A DNA stretch of 64,000 nt from positions 23,436,001 through 23,500,000 of the forward strand of contig NW_027266266.1 in NCBI RefSeq assembly GCF_022045235.1. Reading direction: 5' to 3'. The stretch's first letter is position 1. Every line of letters begins with the position of its first letter. Shown piece by piece: positions 22,808 to 37,604 of this stretch. The notes below the pieces were generated by a model, which ran no database searches, was not told where the DNA came from, and worked only from the letters and a program-made list of their open reading frames with translations. Source of the DNA: Haliotis cracherodii (taxonomy: Eukaryota). The translations under genes and the position numbers were made by a program.

Positions 22808-24820
22808 GTTTAAAAAACTCAAGCGATGCTCAAAATCCAAGGCAAGTTGTAGATTGAGAACAAAGAGACAGCAGATGCGGCAACATAAAATGGCGTCGTT
22901 TTGCTGATTTCGGTAGCTTGGCAACGATCGGCACTAACGGAAGGGAGATAACTCTCAGTTTCAAAGTATAAGTTAATACCGCTAATTTGATGTGGCGTAC
23001 GTTTATCTAATATTCTATGACTAATTAATTCATAGTCGAATTAATATATGAGTGTCCACTTTAGGATTTGTGAACAGGAAAAGGATACAATTATTGAATC
23101 TTTTTTTCGTGTATTCTTTTTGGAAATGTTGGGGTGCTAGATGAATACAAACGGTTATAGGGCGGGATGTTTTCCCTATATAGGATTGTCCAGTTACAGT
23201 CAACTTTATAAACTACCCCTTTAGGTTCTTGGCGTTTAGTTGTGTTTCTGCCGTTGTCCCTTCTTAGAGAATTGAGGGGGGTTGATCTGGCGAAGTCGGG
23301 GTCAATATTGGGGTTGAAGGAGGCGGCTGATGAAATGGGGCAATCCTATGTCGGTGAAACATCCCGCCCCATCAACACCAGAATCAAAGAGCACAAAACT
23401 TCAACCATCAAATCCGACAGTAAATCAGCCCTTCGGACCATATCAGCAACTGCCCTAATCACAACATGGACCTCCCATATCCTCTCCAACAACCAACAAC
23501 ATATAGGGGGTATATATTTTTATTTACTGACCAATAACGAGTTCCTGCGATACTTATCCTGTTTAAATGGCTTCCTCGTCATGTGTTCTCAGCGTCTCTG
23601 TCCATCATTTTTGTTAATTTTATCCTCCTGTTATTAATTAACCTACTCATGTGTGCAATTGTTTGTTACTGTTAATCCTACACCTTCTGTAAAGATTTTG
23701 TACCATGTTCATTATTCAGCCTTGCTTGACAACGGATCTATACCAAAACGTCGATGTTACAGTAAAATAAAGAAGTTGTTATCCATAAATTGTGTGTACA
23801 TTGTCATCCGTCAACATCTAAGTGAGTGAGTGAGTGTGAGTTGGGTTTAACGCAGCTTTTAACAGTATTCAAGTTATATCGCGGCATGTCAGCTTAACGT
23901 GGGAGGAAAGCCCAAAGTGATGCAGGTCTCAGGCGTTTACCACTTCGGTGAAACCCACGAGCAAGGGTATGGTGCTGACAAACCTAGAAACATAATCGGG
24001 GCGAACCGGGATTCGAACCCACAATCATAGGTTTCTGGCGAGCCAAAGGGACGCAACTCTGCACAGCAAATCGCGACTCCTTAGGCGACTGGGCCTACCC
24101 AACTTTTAAGTTATGCTTATCGAACAATTCCCTCAAAACCTTGTGAATTTATAATACATCTACTATGAATCCAAGAAGGCAGAAACAGGAAAAATATGCC
24201 AATTGCGTTGATCGATGCTCATGATGTCAATCACTGGAATGTCTTGTCCAGATTCGATTATTATTATACGTCATATAATACCGTACGTCATATAGCTGGA
24301 ATTTAAACAATTTAAATGGCGTTAAACAACAAACAAACCAAAAAAAATCTACAAAAACTATGTTTGGTCAAAGAATAGTCGGACTTTTTTCAATAAAATG
24401 TTAGATAGGACAATTGTCACTTGTGATAGCTATGACAGAAGCTTCAAGTTTTTCAAAGCAGAAACTATTGAGGTTGAACAGTGTTACTTCTCATTTTATT
24501 TACTCTCGTAAACTGAAAATATACATTGATATCTGTGACCACACGGAAGTAAGCTGTATCACGCCGGCTTGTATATGATACAAGTCATGATCACACAAAC
24601 CAGTGACTGAAAGCATGAGCAAGAATCTCTTGTGGCCAGCAATGGATACCAAGGACCTTTTCTACTCTGTGGAATTCCTAGTTTCCTACAGGGTTCATTT
24701 AGAATGGTGACAAACCTTCTTTAATGTAGATATTCCATTAGAAGTGTCATTATGGTCTGATCGCATTCTATTATTAAAGAAGTGTGATTCAATAGTTACA
24801 GTCAGGCTTGGTTTGTCAAG

Positions 24821-25214
24821 TAGGGCTGGGACGGGTACCTGGGTCAGGTGGGTACTGAGTAGGATCCGGGTACCCACAGGAATACCCGGACCCGTGGTTA
24901 GTCACGTGATATATTGTTTCATGAAAAAATTATCTATGGTTACACTACAAGTCACTGATGTTCGCATTTCTTTCTGAATATGATCCCATTCCTTCTGATT
25001 TTTCATATGGTTGAGTAGAGTTAAAACTTTAGTGTATGAATGACCAGATTGTTCAATACATGTATCTTAATACGTTTTGCCAGGGCTATGCTAAAAATGT
25101 TCCCATTTGGACATTTTGAGACATCTCCTCAGACTTACAGTGGGTACCCGGGTAGGGTTGGGTAATAGGGGGTTGGGTACCCGGGCAGTAAAATTTTGAC
25201 TCGTCCCAGCCCTA
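24821..25214. mobile_element. hAT-type MITE (co-amplified copy; right TSD reduced to tcaag)
   Basis: TIRs tagggctgggacg / cgtcccagcccta. Confidence 0.88.
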
Positions 25215-26275
25215 TCAAGCACTTAAGTCATTTCAAAATCGTCCCTGTCCATAGTGGCAAAATTCATTTTTTATGTTATTTCTTAAAAAAAACGTGCATA
25301 AAATATTTAAAAATGCGCTACGCTATACCTCATGTGTAAGCCTATTTGGTTATTAGATCTAACCTGGACTTACTGCCAGACAAGAACCAGAGTTCTGTAG
25401 CGTGGATTTAGGATCTTATTCACTCTTTTGATAATTATAGGAGGTACTAACATTGATCAAATATAACAGCTAACAACAGTTTGAACAACAAAAACATTTA
25501 TTTATACAACTGAAACCATATGGAAATAATTAACAAGACGAAAAGTTAATGAATCCAACAAAATATCCTGGAACTTGTTCCAAGGAAAGCTTTTAACATT
25601 GTTGCTGGAGGTGGAGACTCTTTTGACCACTCGGATGACACGGGACATCATGGCTCTCAGGAAGGACGGCTGGGAGGATTTGTGTTTCTTCCTCACTGCC
25701 AAAATCTAAAATAAGTCAGTCAAGTTAGTGTCAACCATATTATTGTCATGACCATTACAAAGATTGTATACATTTATTTATGAGTTATGAAAGCTATGAA
25801 ATAATTAGCATAATTATATATTTCCGAATTGTATTTGAATGGTACAGTACACAAATTATTATCATTATTATCCTGTAAACTGTAATTAGTTCTGCAGATA
25901 TATAGTATACCAGTATAATATTGACATGTTTCACCTAATTCAATTCAATGTTTTGGTAAGAAATCATTTGGGAACTTCATAGCATGCTGTTACCGAGCAA
26001 CCATAATTACATGGCCTGTGATGTTCCACAAAATCAGCATCAAGAGCACATTAAATCCATTTTTGTTTCAAGACCAGGGAGACAGGTGCTGAAAATCATG
26101 TCCAGGTCTTATGGCCCATAGTCTACTGAGTTAGGACTTCTCTTCAAAAACTTTCCTGATACATCCCTATTCATGTTCTTACCATCCCTATTTTAAACAC
26201 GTGTTCGAAGTTTTTTCGGGGAAATAATTGTCCTCAAATAAATTACTGAGCTCGCATTATATATTTTATTATTCC

Positions 26276-26313
<38 letters not shown>

Positions 26314-26787
26314 TGTGGGGTTATTATTGAGTGTTCTATGAAATTTGAACATTTAAACTGGCAAATCTGAAAACAGATTGGCTGAAGGGTGGCACAGCAG
26401 TTAGTGTTCGCTTGTCACACCCTGATCACACGGTACGATTTCTAACATGAGTAATTTGTGAAACCTATTATTGGACTGCGATATTTAACTATTGCATACG
26501 ATATTCGCCATGTTGTCACAGACCTAAGGAGATCTACAAATGTAGAATCAGAATGCAGAATTCTGTAATGTGACTCGAAGCTTTAGGTTATGTTTGAGTT
26601 TGTTCTATACATAAGGAGGCTCCCATATTAATAATAGAATAAAGCAACCAACAACAATTTAAACAACAACAAAATTTACTCATCATGCTGATGAAAAAAC
26701 AACCAAATGGGAATGATAACTAATTTGCCAAAGTGTCCATACAAAAAAAGGAAAGGTGACTTCTCAGATTGTTACAAAAATGTCACT

Positions 26788-27738
26788 TTAAGCGTCGTTT
26801 TTGTTGGAGGTGAAGATTCTCTTGACCAGACTGATGAAGCGGGACAGCAAGGCTCTCAGGAAGGACTGGGGTGGGAGGGGTTGTGTGTCTTCCTCACGGC
26901 CGAGATCGATCTCCACAAAGTCGGTGTCAACCATAATGACGTGGCCGGTGATGTTGACAGAAACAGAGACTGGGGCTGGGTCGGGGACAGAGGTGTAGGA
27001 GGTGGGGAGGGTGGACAGGGGTTCAGGGTGGTACACACAAGGACGCTGGTGGGGAGAGAAGTGGAAAGAGAAAAATGATGAGACAAACGTGATACTGACA
27101 CTAGTGATAGGTAGGGTGTGGTGTATCTTTAGTTGGAACATACAGTAGGTTATGGAACATCAACACTTTGACACACTGAGATTTAGACAAGGATCTGTTG
27201 TAAAAGTTGGTTATATTCTACAACCCTAGCACACCTACTCGACGTGGGACAGGAGTGGCAGCAGGGGTGAAAGCCGGGTGAAACATCCTCTCTGTGTGTG
27301 GGGAGAAGTGAAAATAAATAAAACATGTACACTCTTGTTTACACTGTAAAGTCATTAAAAACGTAAGCTTGTAAGTATATACCATATACCGGTAGGTCTA
27401 TATATATCTACACACGTTCTGGTCAGTTGTATTTATTTATTTCGTTCTATTTGTTTATGTGCTTTTCACCTGGGGCAGGACAAAATCACTATTTATCTAA
27501 GCATTGGCCATTGAAGAAATTGAAGTACACAGAAGAAATATAAAATGCGAGGAAACGGGTTTAGTATATCTTGAGAAACGTTGAAGTACGTCGAGATTTC
27601 TATAGGCCTTGTTATAGACCTTAGTGATGAGACCTTGGCATCTACCTGACGCTAGCCGATTATACAACCACACGGTGAAACGTAATCATCATGAAACTAT
27701 GACACATTGGTACCTTGAACACAGCTACTTGACTGCAT
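26788..27738 (-). CDS. Array gene copy 4 (exons 27714-27738, 27239-27291, 26788-27045)
   Basis: Same splice sites; open frame, 111 aa. Confidence 0.7.
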
Positions 27739-29751
27739 GTTTAAAAAACTCAAGCGATGCTCAAAATCCAAGGCAAGTTATAGATTGAGATCAAAGAGAC
27801 AGCAGATGCGGCAACATAAAATGGCGTCGTTTTGCTGATTTCGGTAGCTTGGCAACGATCGGCACTAACGGAAGGGAGATAACTCTCAGTTTCAAAGTAT
27901 AAGTTAATACCGCTAATTTGATGTGGCGTACGTTTATCTAATATTCTATGACTAATTAATTCATAGTCGAATTAATATATGAGTGTCCACTTTAGGATTT
28001 GTGAACAGGAAAAGGATACAATTATTGAATCTTTTTTTCGTGTATTCTTTTTGGAAATGTTGGGGTGCTAGATGAATACAAACGGTTATAGGGCGGGATG
28101 TTTTCCCTATATAGGATTGTCCAGTTACAGTCAACTTTATAAACTACCCCTTTAGGTTCTTGGCGTTTAGTTGTGTTTCTGCCGTTGTCCCTTCTTAGAG
28201 AATTGAGGGGGGTTGATCTGGCGAAGTCGGGGTCAATATTGGGGTTGAAGGAGGCGGCTGATGAAATGGGGCAATCCCATGTCGGTGAAACATCCCGCCC
28301 CATCAACACCAGAATCAAAGAGCACAAAACTTCAAACATCAAATCCGACAGTAAATCAGCCCTTCGGACCATATCAGCAACTGCCCTAATCACAACATGG
28401 ACCTCCCATATCCTCTCCAACAACCAACAACATATAGGGGGTATATATTTTTATTTACTGACCAATAACGAGTTCCTGCGATACTTATCCTGTTTAAATG
28501 GCTTCCTCGTCATGTGTTCTCAGCGTCTCTGTCCATCATTTTTGTTAATTTTATCCTCCTGTTATTAATTAACCTACTCATGTGTGCAATTGTTTGTTAC
28601 TGTTAATCCTACACCTTCTGTAAAGATTTTGTACCATGTTCATTATTCAGCCTTGCTTGACAACGGATCTATACCAAAACGTCGATGTTACAGTAAAATA
28701 AAGAAGTTGTTATCCATAAATTGTGTGTACATTGTCATCCGTCAACATCTAAGTGAGTGAGTGAGTGTGAGTTGGGTTTAACGCAGCTTTTAACAGTATT
28801 CAAGTTATATCGCGGCATGTCAGCTTAACGTGGGAGGAAAGCCCAAAGTGATGCAGGTCTCAGGCGTTTACCACTTCGGTGAAACCCACGAGCAAGGGTA
28901 TGGTGCTGACAAACCTAGAAACATAATCGGGGCGAACCGGGATTCGAACCCACAATCATAGGTTTCTGGCGAGCCAAAGGGACGCAACTCTGCACAGCAA
29001 ATCGCGACTCCTTAGGCGACTGGGCCTACCCAACTTTTAAGTTATGCTTATCGAACAATTCCCTCAAAACCTTGTGAATTTATAATACATCTACTATGAA
29101 TCCAAGAAGGCAGAAACAGGAAAAATATGCCAATTGCGTTGATCGATGCTCATGATGTCAATCACTGGAATGTCTTGTCCAGATTCGATTATTATTATAC
29201 GTCATATAATACCGTACGTCATATAGCTGGAATTTAAACAATTTAAATGGCGTTAAACAACAAACAAACCAAAAAAAATCTACAAAAACTATGTTTGGTC
29301 AAAGAATAGTCGGACTTTTTTCAATAAAATGTTAGATAGGACAATTGTCACTTGTGATAGCTATGACAGAAGCTTCAAGTTTTTCAAAGCAGAAACTATT
29401 GAGGTTGAACAGTGTTACTTCTCATTTTATTTACTCTCGTAAACTGAAAATATACATTGATATCTGTGACCACACGGAAGTAAGCTGTATCACGCCGGCT
29501 TGTATATGATACAAGTCATGATCACACAAACCAGTGACTGAAAGCATGAGCAAGAATCTCTTGTGGCCAGCAATGGATACCAAGGACCTTTTCTACTCTG
29601 TGGAATTCCTAGTTTCCTACAGGGTTCATTTAGAATGGTGACAAACCTTCTTTAATGTAGATATTCCATTAGAAGTGTCATTATGGTCTGATCGCATTCT
29701 ATTATTAAAGAAGTGTGATTCAATAGTTACAGTCAGGCTTGGTTTGTCAAG

Positions 29752-30145
29752 TAGGGCTGGGACGGGTACCTGGGTCAGGTGGGTACTGAGTAGGATCCGG
29801 GTACCCACAGGAATACCCGGACCCGTGGTTAGTCACGTGATATATTGTTTCATGAAAAAATTATCTATGGTTACACTACAAGTCACTGATGTTCGCATTT
29901 CTTTCTGAATATGATCCCATTCCTTCTGATTTTTCATATGGTTGAGTAGAGTTAAAACTTTAGTGTATGAATGACCAGATTGTTCAATACATGTATCTTA
30001 ATACGTTTTGCCAGGGCTATGCTAAAAATGTTCCCATTTGGACATTTTGAGACATCTCCTCAGACTTACAGTGGGTACCCTGGTAGGGTTGGGTAATAGG
30101 GGGTTGGGTACCCGGGCAGTAAAATTTTGACTCGTCCCAGCCCTA
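29752..30145. mobile_element. hAT-type MITE (co-amplified copy)
   Basis: Same TIRs and flanks as 24821-25214. Confidence 0.88.
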
Positions 30146-31206
30146 TCAAGCACTTAAGTCATTTCAAAATCGTCCCTGTCCATAGTGGCAAAATTCATTT
30201 TTTATGTTATTTCTTAAAAAAAACGTGCATAAAATATTTAAAAATGCGCTACGCTATACCTCATGTGTAAGCCTATTTGGTTATTAGATCTAACCTGGAC
30301 TTACTGCCAGACAAGAACCAGAGTTCTGTAGCGTGGATTTAGGATCTTATTCACTCTTTTGATAATTATAGGAGGTACTAACATTGATCAAATATAACAG
30401 CTAACAACAGTTTGAACAACAAAAACATTTATTTATACAACTGAAACCATATGGAAATAATTAACAAGACGAAAAGTTAATGAATCCAACAAAATATCCT
30501 GGAACTTGTTCCAAGGAAAGCTTTTAACATTGTTGCTGGAGGTGGAGACTCTTTTGACCACTCGGATGACACGGGACATCATGGCTCTCAGGAAGGATGG
30601 CTGGGAGGATTTGTGTTTCTTCCTCACTGCCAAAATCTCAAATAAGTCACTCAAGTTAGTGTCAACCATATTATTGTCATGACCATTACAAAGATTGTAT
30701 ACATTTATTTATGAGTTATGAAAGCTATGAAATAATTAGCATAATTATATATTTCCGAATTGTATTTGAATGGTACAGTACACAAATTATTATCATTATT
30801 ATCCTGTAAACTGTAATTAGTTCTGCAGATATATAGTATACCAGTATAATATTGACATGTTTCACCTAATTCAATTCAATGTTTTGGTAAGAAATCATTT
30901 GGGAACTTCATAGCATGCTGTTACCGAGCAACCATAATTACATGGCCTGTGATGTTCCACAAAATCAGCATCAAGAGCACATTAAATCCATTTTTGTTTC
31001 AAGACCAGGGAGACAGGTGCTGAAAATCATGTCCGGGTCTTATGGCCCATAGTCTACTGAGTTAGGACTTCTCTTCAAAAACTTTCCTGATACATCCCTA
31101 TTCATGTTCTTACCATCCCTATTTTAAACACGTGTTCGAAGTTTTTTCGGGGAAATAATTGTCCTCAAATAAATTACTGAGCTCGCATTATATATTTTAT
31201 TATTCC

Positions 31207-31248
<42 letters not shown>

Positions 31249-31722
31249 TGTGGGGTTATTATTGAGTGTTCTATGAAATTTGAACATTTAAACTGGCAAA
31301 TCTGAAAACAGATTGGCTGAAGGGTGGCACAGCAGTTAGTGTTCGCTTGTCACACCCTGATCACACGGTACGATTTCTAACATGAGTAATTTGTGAAACC
31401 TATTATTGGACTGCGATATTTAACTATTGCATACGATATTCGCCATGTTGTCACAGACCTAAGGAGATCTACAAATGTAGAATCAGAATGCAGAATTGTG
31501 TAATGTGACTCGAAGCTTTAGGTTATGTTTGAGTTTGTTCTATACATAAGGAGGCTCCTACACTAATAATAGAATAAAGCAACCAACAACAATTTAAACA
31601 ACAACAAAATTTACTAATCATGCTGATGAAAAAACAACCAAATGGGAATGATAACTAATTTGCCAAAGTGTCCATACAAAAAAAGGAAAGGTGACTTCTC
31701 AGATTGTTACAAAAATGTCACT

Positions 31723-32672
31723 TTAAGCGTCGTTTTTGTTGGAGGTGAAGATTCTCTTGACCAGACTGATGAAGCGGGACAGCAAGGCTCTCAGGAAGGA
31801 CTGGGGTGGGAGGGGTTGTGTGTCTTCCTCACGGCCGAGATCGATTTCCACAAAGTCGGTGTCAACCATAATGACGTGGCCGGTGATGTTGACAGAAACA
31901 GAGACTGGGGCTGGGTCGGGGACAGAGGTGTAGGAGGTGGGGAGGGTGGACAGGGGTTCAGGGTGGTACACACAAGGACGCTGGTGGGGAGAGAAGTGGA
32001 AAGAGAAAAATGATGAGACAAACGTGATACTGACACTAGTGATAGGTAGGGTGTGGTGTATCTTTAGTTGGAACATACAGTAGGTTATGGAACATCAACA
32101 CTTTGACACACTGAGATTTAGACAAGGATCTGTTGTAAAAGTTGGTTATATTCTACAACCCTAGCACACCTACTCGACGTGGGACAGGAGTGGCAGCAGG
32201 GGTGAAAGCCGGGTGAAACATCCTCTCTGTGTGGGGGAGAAGTGAAAATAAATAAAACATGTACACTCTTGTTTACACTGTAAAGTCATTAAAAACGTAA
32301 GCTTGTAAGTATATACCATATACCGGTAGGTCTATATATATCTACACACGTTCTGGTCAGTTGTATTTATTTATTTCGTTCTATTTGTTTATGTGCTTTT
32401 CACCTGGGGCAGGACAAAATCACTATTTATCTAAGCATTGGCCATTGAAGAAATTGAAGTACACAGAAGAAATATAAAATGCGAGGAAACGGGTTTAGTA
32501 TATCTTGAGAAACGTTGAAGTACGTCGAGATTTCTATAGGCCTTGTTATAGACCTTAGTGATGAGACCTTGGCATCAACCTGACGCTAGCCGATTATACA
32601 ACCACACGGTGAAACGTAATCATCATGAAACTATGACACATTGGTACCTTGAACACAGCTACTTGACTGCAT
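31723..32672 (-). CDS. Array gene copy 5 (exons 32648-32672, 32174-32226, 31723-31980)
   Basis: Same splice sites; open frame. Confidence 0.7.
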
Positions 32673-34685
32673 GTTTAAAAAACTCAAGCGATGCTCAAAA
32701 TCCAAGGCAAGTTGTAGATTGAGAACAAAGAGACAGCAGATGCGGCAACATAAAATGGCGTCGTTTTGCTGATTTCGGTAGCTTGGCAACGATCGGCACT
32801 AACGGAAGGGAGATAACTCTCAGTTTCAAAGTATAAGTTAATACCGCTAATTTGATGTGGCGTACGTTTATCTAATATTCTATGACTAATTAATTCATAG
32901 TCGAATTAATATATGAGTGTCCACTTTAGGATTTGTGAACAGGAAAAGGATACAATTATTGAATCTTTTTTTCGTGTATTCTTTTTGGAAATGTTGGGGT
33001 GCTAGATGAATACAAACGGTTATAGGGCGGGATGTTTTCCCTATATAGGATTGTCCAGTTACAGTCAACTTTATAAACTACCCCTTTAGGTTCTTGGCGT
33101 TTAGTTGTGTTTCTGCCGTTGTCCCTTCTTAGAGAATTGAGGGGGGTTGATCTGGCGAAGTCGGGGTCAATATTGGGGTTGAAGGAGGCGGCTGATGAAA
33201 TGGGGCAATCCCATGTCGGTGAAACATCCCGCCCCATCAACACCAGAATCAAAGAGCACAAAACTTCAAACATCAAATCCGACAGTAAATCAGCCCTTCG
33301 GACCATATCAGCAACTGCCCTAATCACAACATGGACCTCCCATATCCTCTCCAACAACCAACAACATATAGGGGGTATATATTTTTATTTACTGACCAAT
33401 AACGAGTTCCTGCGATACTTATCCTGTTTAAATGGCTTCCTCGTCATGTGTTCTCAGCGTCTCTGTCCATCATTTTTGTTAATTTTATCCTTCTGTTATT
33501 AATTAACCTACTCATGTGTGCAATTGTTTGTTACTGTTAATCCTACACCTTCTGTAAAGATTTTGTACCATGTTCATTATTCCGCCTTGCTTGACAACGG
33601 ATCTATACCAAAACGTCGATGTTACAGTAAAATAAAGAAGTTGTTATCCATAAATTGTGTGTACATTGTCATCCGTCAACTTCTAAGTGAGTGAGTGAGT
33701 GTGAGTTGGGTTTAACGCAGCTTTTAACAGTATTCAAGTTATATCGCGGCATGTCAGCTTAACGTGGGAGGAAAGCCCAAAGTGATGCAGGTCTCAGGCG
33801 TTTACCACTTCGGTGAAACCCACGAGCAAGGGTATGGTGCTGACAAACCTAGAAACATAATCGGGGCGAACCGGGATTCGAACCCACAATCATAGGTTTC
33901 TGGCGAGCCAAAGGGACGCAACTCTGCACAGCAAATCGCGACTCCTTAGGCGACTGGGCCTACCCAACTTTTAAGTTATGCTTATCGAACAATTCCCTCA
34001 AAACCTTGTGAATTTATAATACATCTACTATGAATCCAAGAAGGCAGAAACAGGAAAAATATGCCAATTGCGTTGATCGATGCTCATGATGTCAATCACT
34101 GGAATGTCTTGTCCAGATTCGATTATTATTATACGTCATATAATACCGTACGTCATATAGCTGGAATTTAAACAATTTAAATGGCGTTAAACAACAAACA
34201 AACCAAAAAAAATCTACAAAAACTATGTTTGGTCAAAGAATAGTCGGACTTTTTTCAATAAAATGTTAGATAGGACAATTGTCACTTGTGATAGCTATGA
34301 CAGAAGCTTCAAGTTTTTCAAAGCAGAAACTATTGAGGTTGAACAGTGTTACTTCTCATTTTATTTACTCTCGTAAACTGAAAATATACATTGATATCTG
34401 TGACCACACGGAAGTAAGCTGTATCACGCCGGCTTGTATATGATACAAGTCATGATCACACAAACCAGTGACTGAAAGCATGAGCAAGAATCTCTTGTGG
34501 CCAGCAATGGATACCAAGGACCTTTTCTACTCTGTGGAATTCCTAGTTTCCTACAGGGTTCATTTAGAATGGTGACAAACCTTCTTTAATGTAGATATTC
34601 CATTAGAAGTGTCATTATGGTCTGGTCGCATTCTATTATTAAAGAAGTGTGATTCAATAGTTACAGTCAGGCTTGGTTTGTCAAG

Positions 34686-35079
34686 TAGGGCTGGGACGGG
34701 TACCTGGGTCAGGTGGGTACTGAGTAGGATCCGGGTACCCACAGGAATACCCGGACCCGTGGTTAGTCACGTGATATATTGTTTCATGAAAAAATTATCT
34801 ATGGTTACACTACAAGTCACTGATGTTCGCATTTCTTTCTGAATATGATCCCATTCCTTCTGATTTTTCATATGGTTGAGTAGAGTTAAAACTTTAGTGT
34901 ATGAATGACCAGATTGTTCAATACATGTATCTTAATACGTTTTGCCAGGGCTATGCTAAAAATGTTCCCATTTGGACATTTTGAGACATCTCCTCAGACT
35001 TACAGTGGGTACCCGGGTAGGGTTGGGTAATAGGGGGTTGGGTACCCGGGCAGTAAAATTTTGACTCGTCCCAGCCCTA
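34686..35079. mobile_element. hAT-type MITE (co-amplified copy)
   Basis: Same TIRs and flanks. Confidence 0.88.
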
Positions 35080-36140
35080 TCAAGCACTTAAGTCATTTCA
35101 AAATCGTCCCTGTCCATAGTGGCAAAATTCATTTTTTATGTTATTTCTTAAAAAAAACGTGCATAAAATATTTAAAAATGCGCTACGCTATACCTCATGT
35201 GTAAGCCTATTTGGTTATTAGATCTAACCTGGACTTACTGCCAGACAAGAACCAGAGTTCTGTAGCGTGGATTTAGGATCTTATTCACTCTTTTGATAAT
35301 TATAGGAGGTACTAACATTGATCAAATATAACAGCTAACAACAGTTTGAACAACAAAAACATTTATTTATACAACTGAAACCATATGGAAATAATTAACA
35401 AGACGAAAAGTTAATGAATCCAACAAAATATCCTGGAACTTGTTCCAAGGAAAGCTTTTAACATTGTTGCTGGAGGTGGAGACTCTTTTGACCACTCGGA
35501 TGACACGGGACATCATGGCTCTCAGGAAGGACGGCTGGGAGGATTTGTGTTTCTTCCTCACTGCCAAAATCTAAAATAAGTCAGTCAAGTTAGTGTCAAC
35601 CATATTATTGTCATGACCATTACAAAGATTGTATACATTTATTTATGAGTTATGAAAGCTATGAAATAATTAGCATAATTATATATTTCCGAATTGTATT
35701 TGAATGGTACAGTACACAAATTATTATCATTATTATCCTGTAAACTGTAATTAGTTCTGCAGATATATAGTATACCAGTATAATATTGACATGTTTCACC
35801 TAATTCAATTCAATGTTTTGGTAAGAAATCATTTGGGAACTTCATAGCATGCTGTTACCGAGCAACCATAATTACATGGCCTGTGATGTTCCACAAAATC
35901 AGCATCAAGAGCACATTAAATCCATTTTTGTTTCAAGACCAGGGAGACAGGTGCTGAAAATCATGTCCAGGTCTTATGGCCCATAGTCTACTGAGTTAGG
36001 ACTTCTCTTCAAAAACTTTCCTGATACATCCCTATTCATGTTCTTACCATCCCTATTTTAAACACGTGTTCGAAGTTTTTTCGGGGAAATAATTGTCCTC
36101 AAATAAATTACTGAGCTCGCATTATATATTTTATTATTCC

Positions 36141-36180
<40 letters not shown>

Positions 36181-36654
36181 TGTGGGGTTATTATTGAGTG
36201 TTCTATGAAATTTGAACATTTAAACTGGCAAATCTGAAAACAGATTGGCTGAAGGGTGGCACAGCAGTTAGTGTTCGCTTGTCACACCCTGATCACACGG
36301 TACGATTTCTAACATGAGTAATTTGTGAAACCTATTATTGGACTGCGATATTTAACTATTGCATACGATATTCGCCATGTTGTCACAGACCTAAGGAGAT
36401 CTACAAATGTAGAATCAGAATGCAGAATTGTGTAATGTGACTCGAAGCTTTAGGTTATGTTTGAGTTTGTTCTATACATAAGGAGGCTCCTACACTAATA
36501 ATAGAATAAAGCAACCAACAACAATTTAAACAACAACAAAATTTACTCATCATGCTGATGAAAAAACAACCAAATGGGAATGATAACTAATTTGCCAAAG
36601 TGTCCATACTAAAAAAGGAAAGGTGACTTCTCAGATTGTTACAAAAATGTCACT

Positions 36655-37604
36655 TTAAGCGTCGTTTTTGTTGGAGGTGAAGATTCTCTTGACCAGACTG
36701 ATGAAGCGGGACAGCAAGGCTCTCAGGAAGGACTGGGGTGGGAGGGGTTGTGTGTCTTCCTCACGGCCGAGATCGATTTCCACAAAGTCGGTGTCAACCA
36801 TAATGACGTGGCCGGTGATGTTGACAGAAACAGAGACTGGGGCTGGGTCGGGGACAGAGGTGTAGGAGGTGGGGAGGGTGGACAGGGGTTCAGGGTGGTA
36901 CACACAAGGACGCTGGTGGGGAGAGAAGTGGAAAGAGAAAAATGATGAGACAAACGTGATACTGACACTAGTGATAGGTAGGGTGCGGTGTATCTTTAGT
37001 TGGAACATACAGTAGGTTATGGAACATCAACACTTTGACACACTGAGATTTAGACAAGGATCTGTTGTAAAAGTTGGTTATATTCTACAACCCTAGCACA
37101 CCTACTCGACGTGGGACAGGAGTGGCAGCAGGGGTGAAAGCCGGGTGAAACATCCTCTCTGTGTGGGGGAGAAGTGAAAATAAATAAAACATGTACACTC
37201 TTGTTTACACTGTAAAGTCATTAAAAACGTAAGCTTGTAAGTATATACCATATACCGGTAGGTCTATATATATCTACACACGTTCTGGTCAGTTGTATTT
37301 ATTTATTTCGTTCTATTTGTTTATGTGCTTTTCACCTGGGGCAGGACAAAATCACTATTTATCTAAGCATTGGCCATTGAAGAAATTGAAGTACACAGAA
37401 GAAATATAAAATGCGAGGAAACGGGTTTAGTATATCTTGAGAAACGTTGAAGTACGTCGAGATTTCTATAGGCCTTGTTATAGACCTTAGTGATGAGACC
37501 TTGGCATCAACCTGACGCTAGCCGATTATACAACCACACGGTGAAACGTAATCATCATGAAACTATGACACATTGGTACCTTGAACACAGCTACTTGACT
37601 GCAT
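36655..37604 (-). CDS. Array gene copy 6 (exons 37580-37604, 37106-37158, 36655-36912)
   Basis: Same splice sites; open frame. Confidence 0.7.

Noticed and set aside
23242-23637. 131-aa plus and 133-aa minus ORFs in the central units as genes
   Set aside because: Chimeric read-through of the inverted Penelope fragment; frames are not preserved in the flanking units.
24695-24977. 60-aa and 77-aa ORFs recurring in seven units
   Set aside because: They span the MITE left junction; recurrence only reflects unit duplication.
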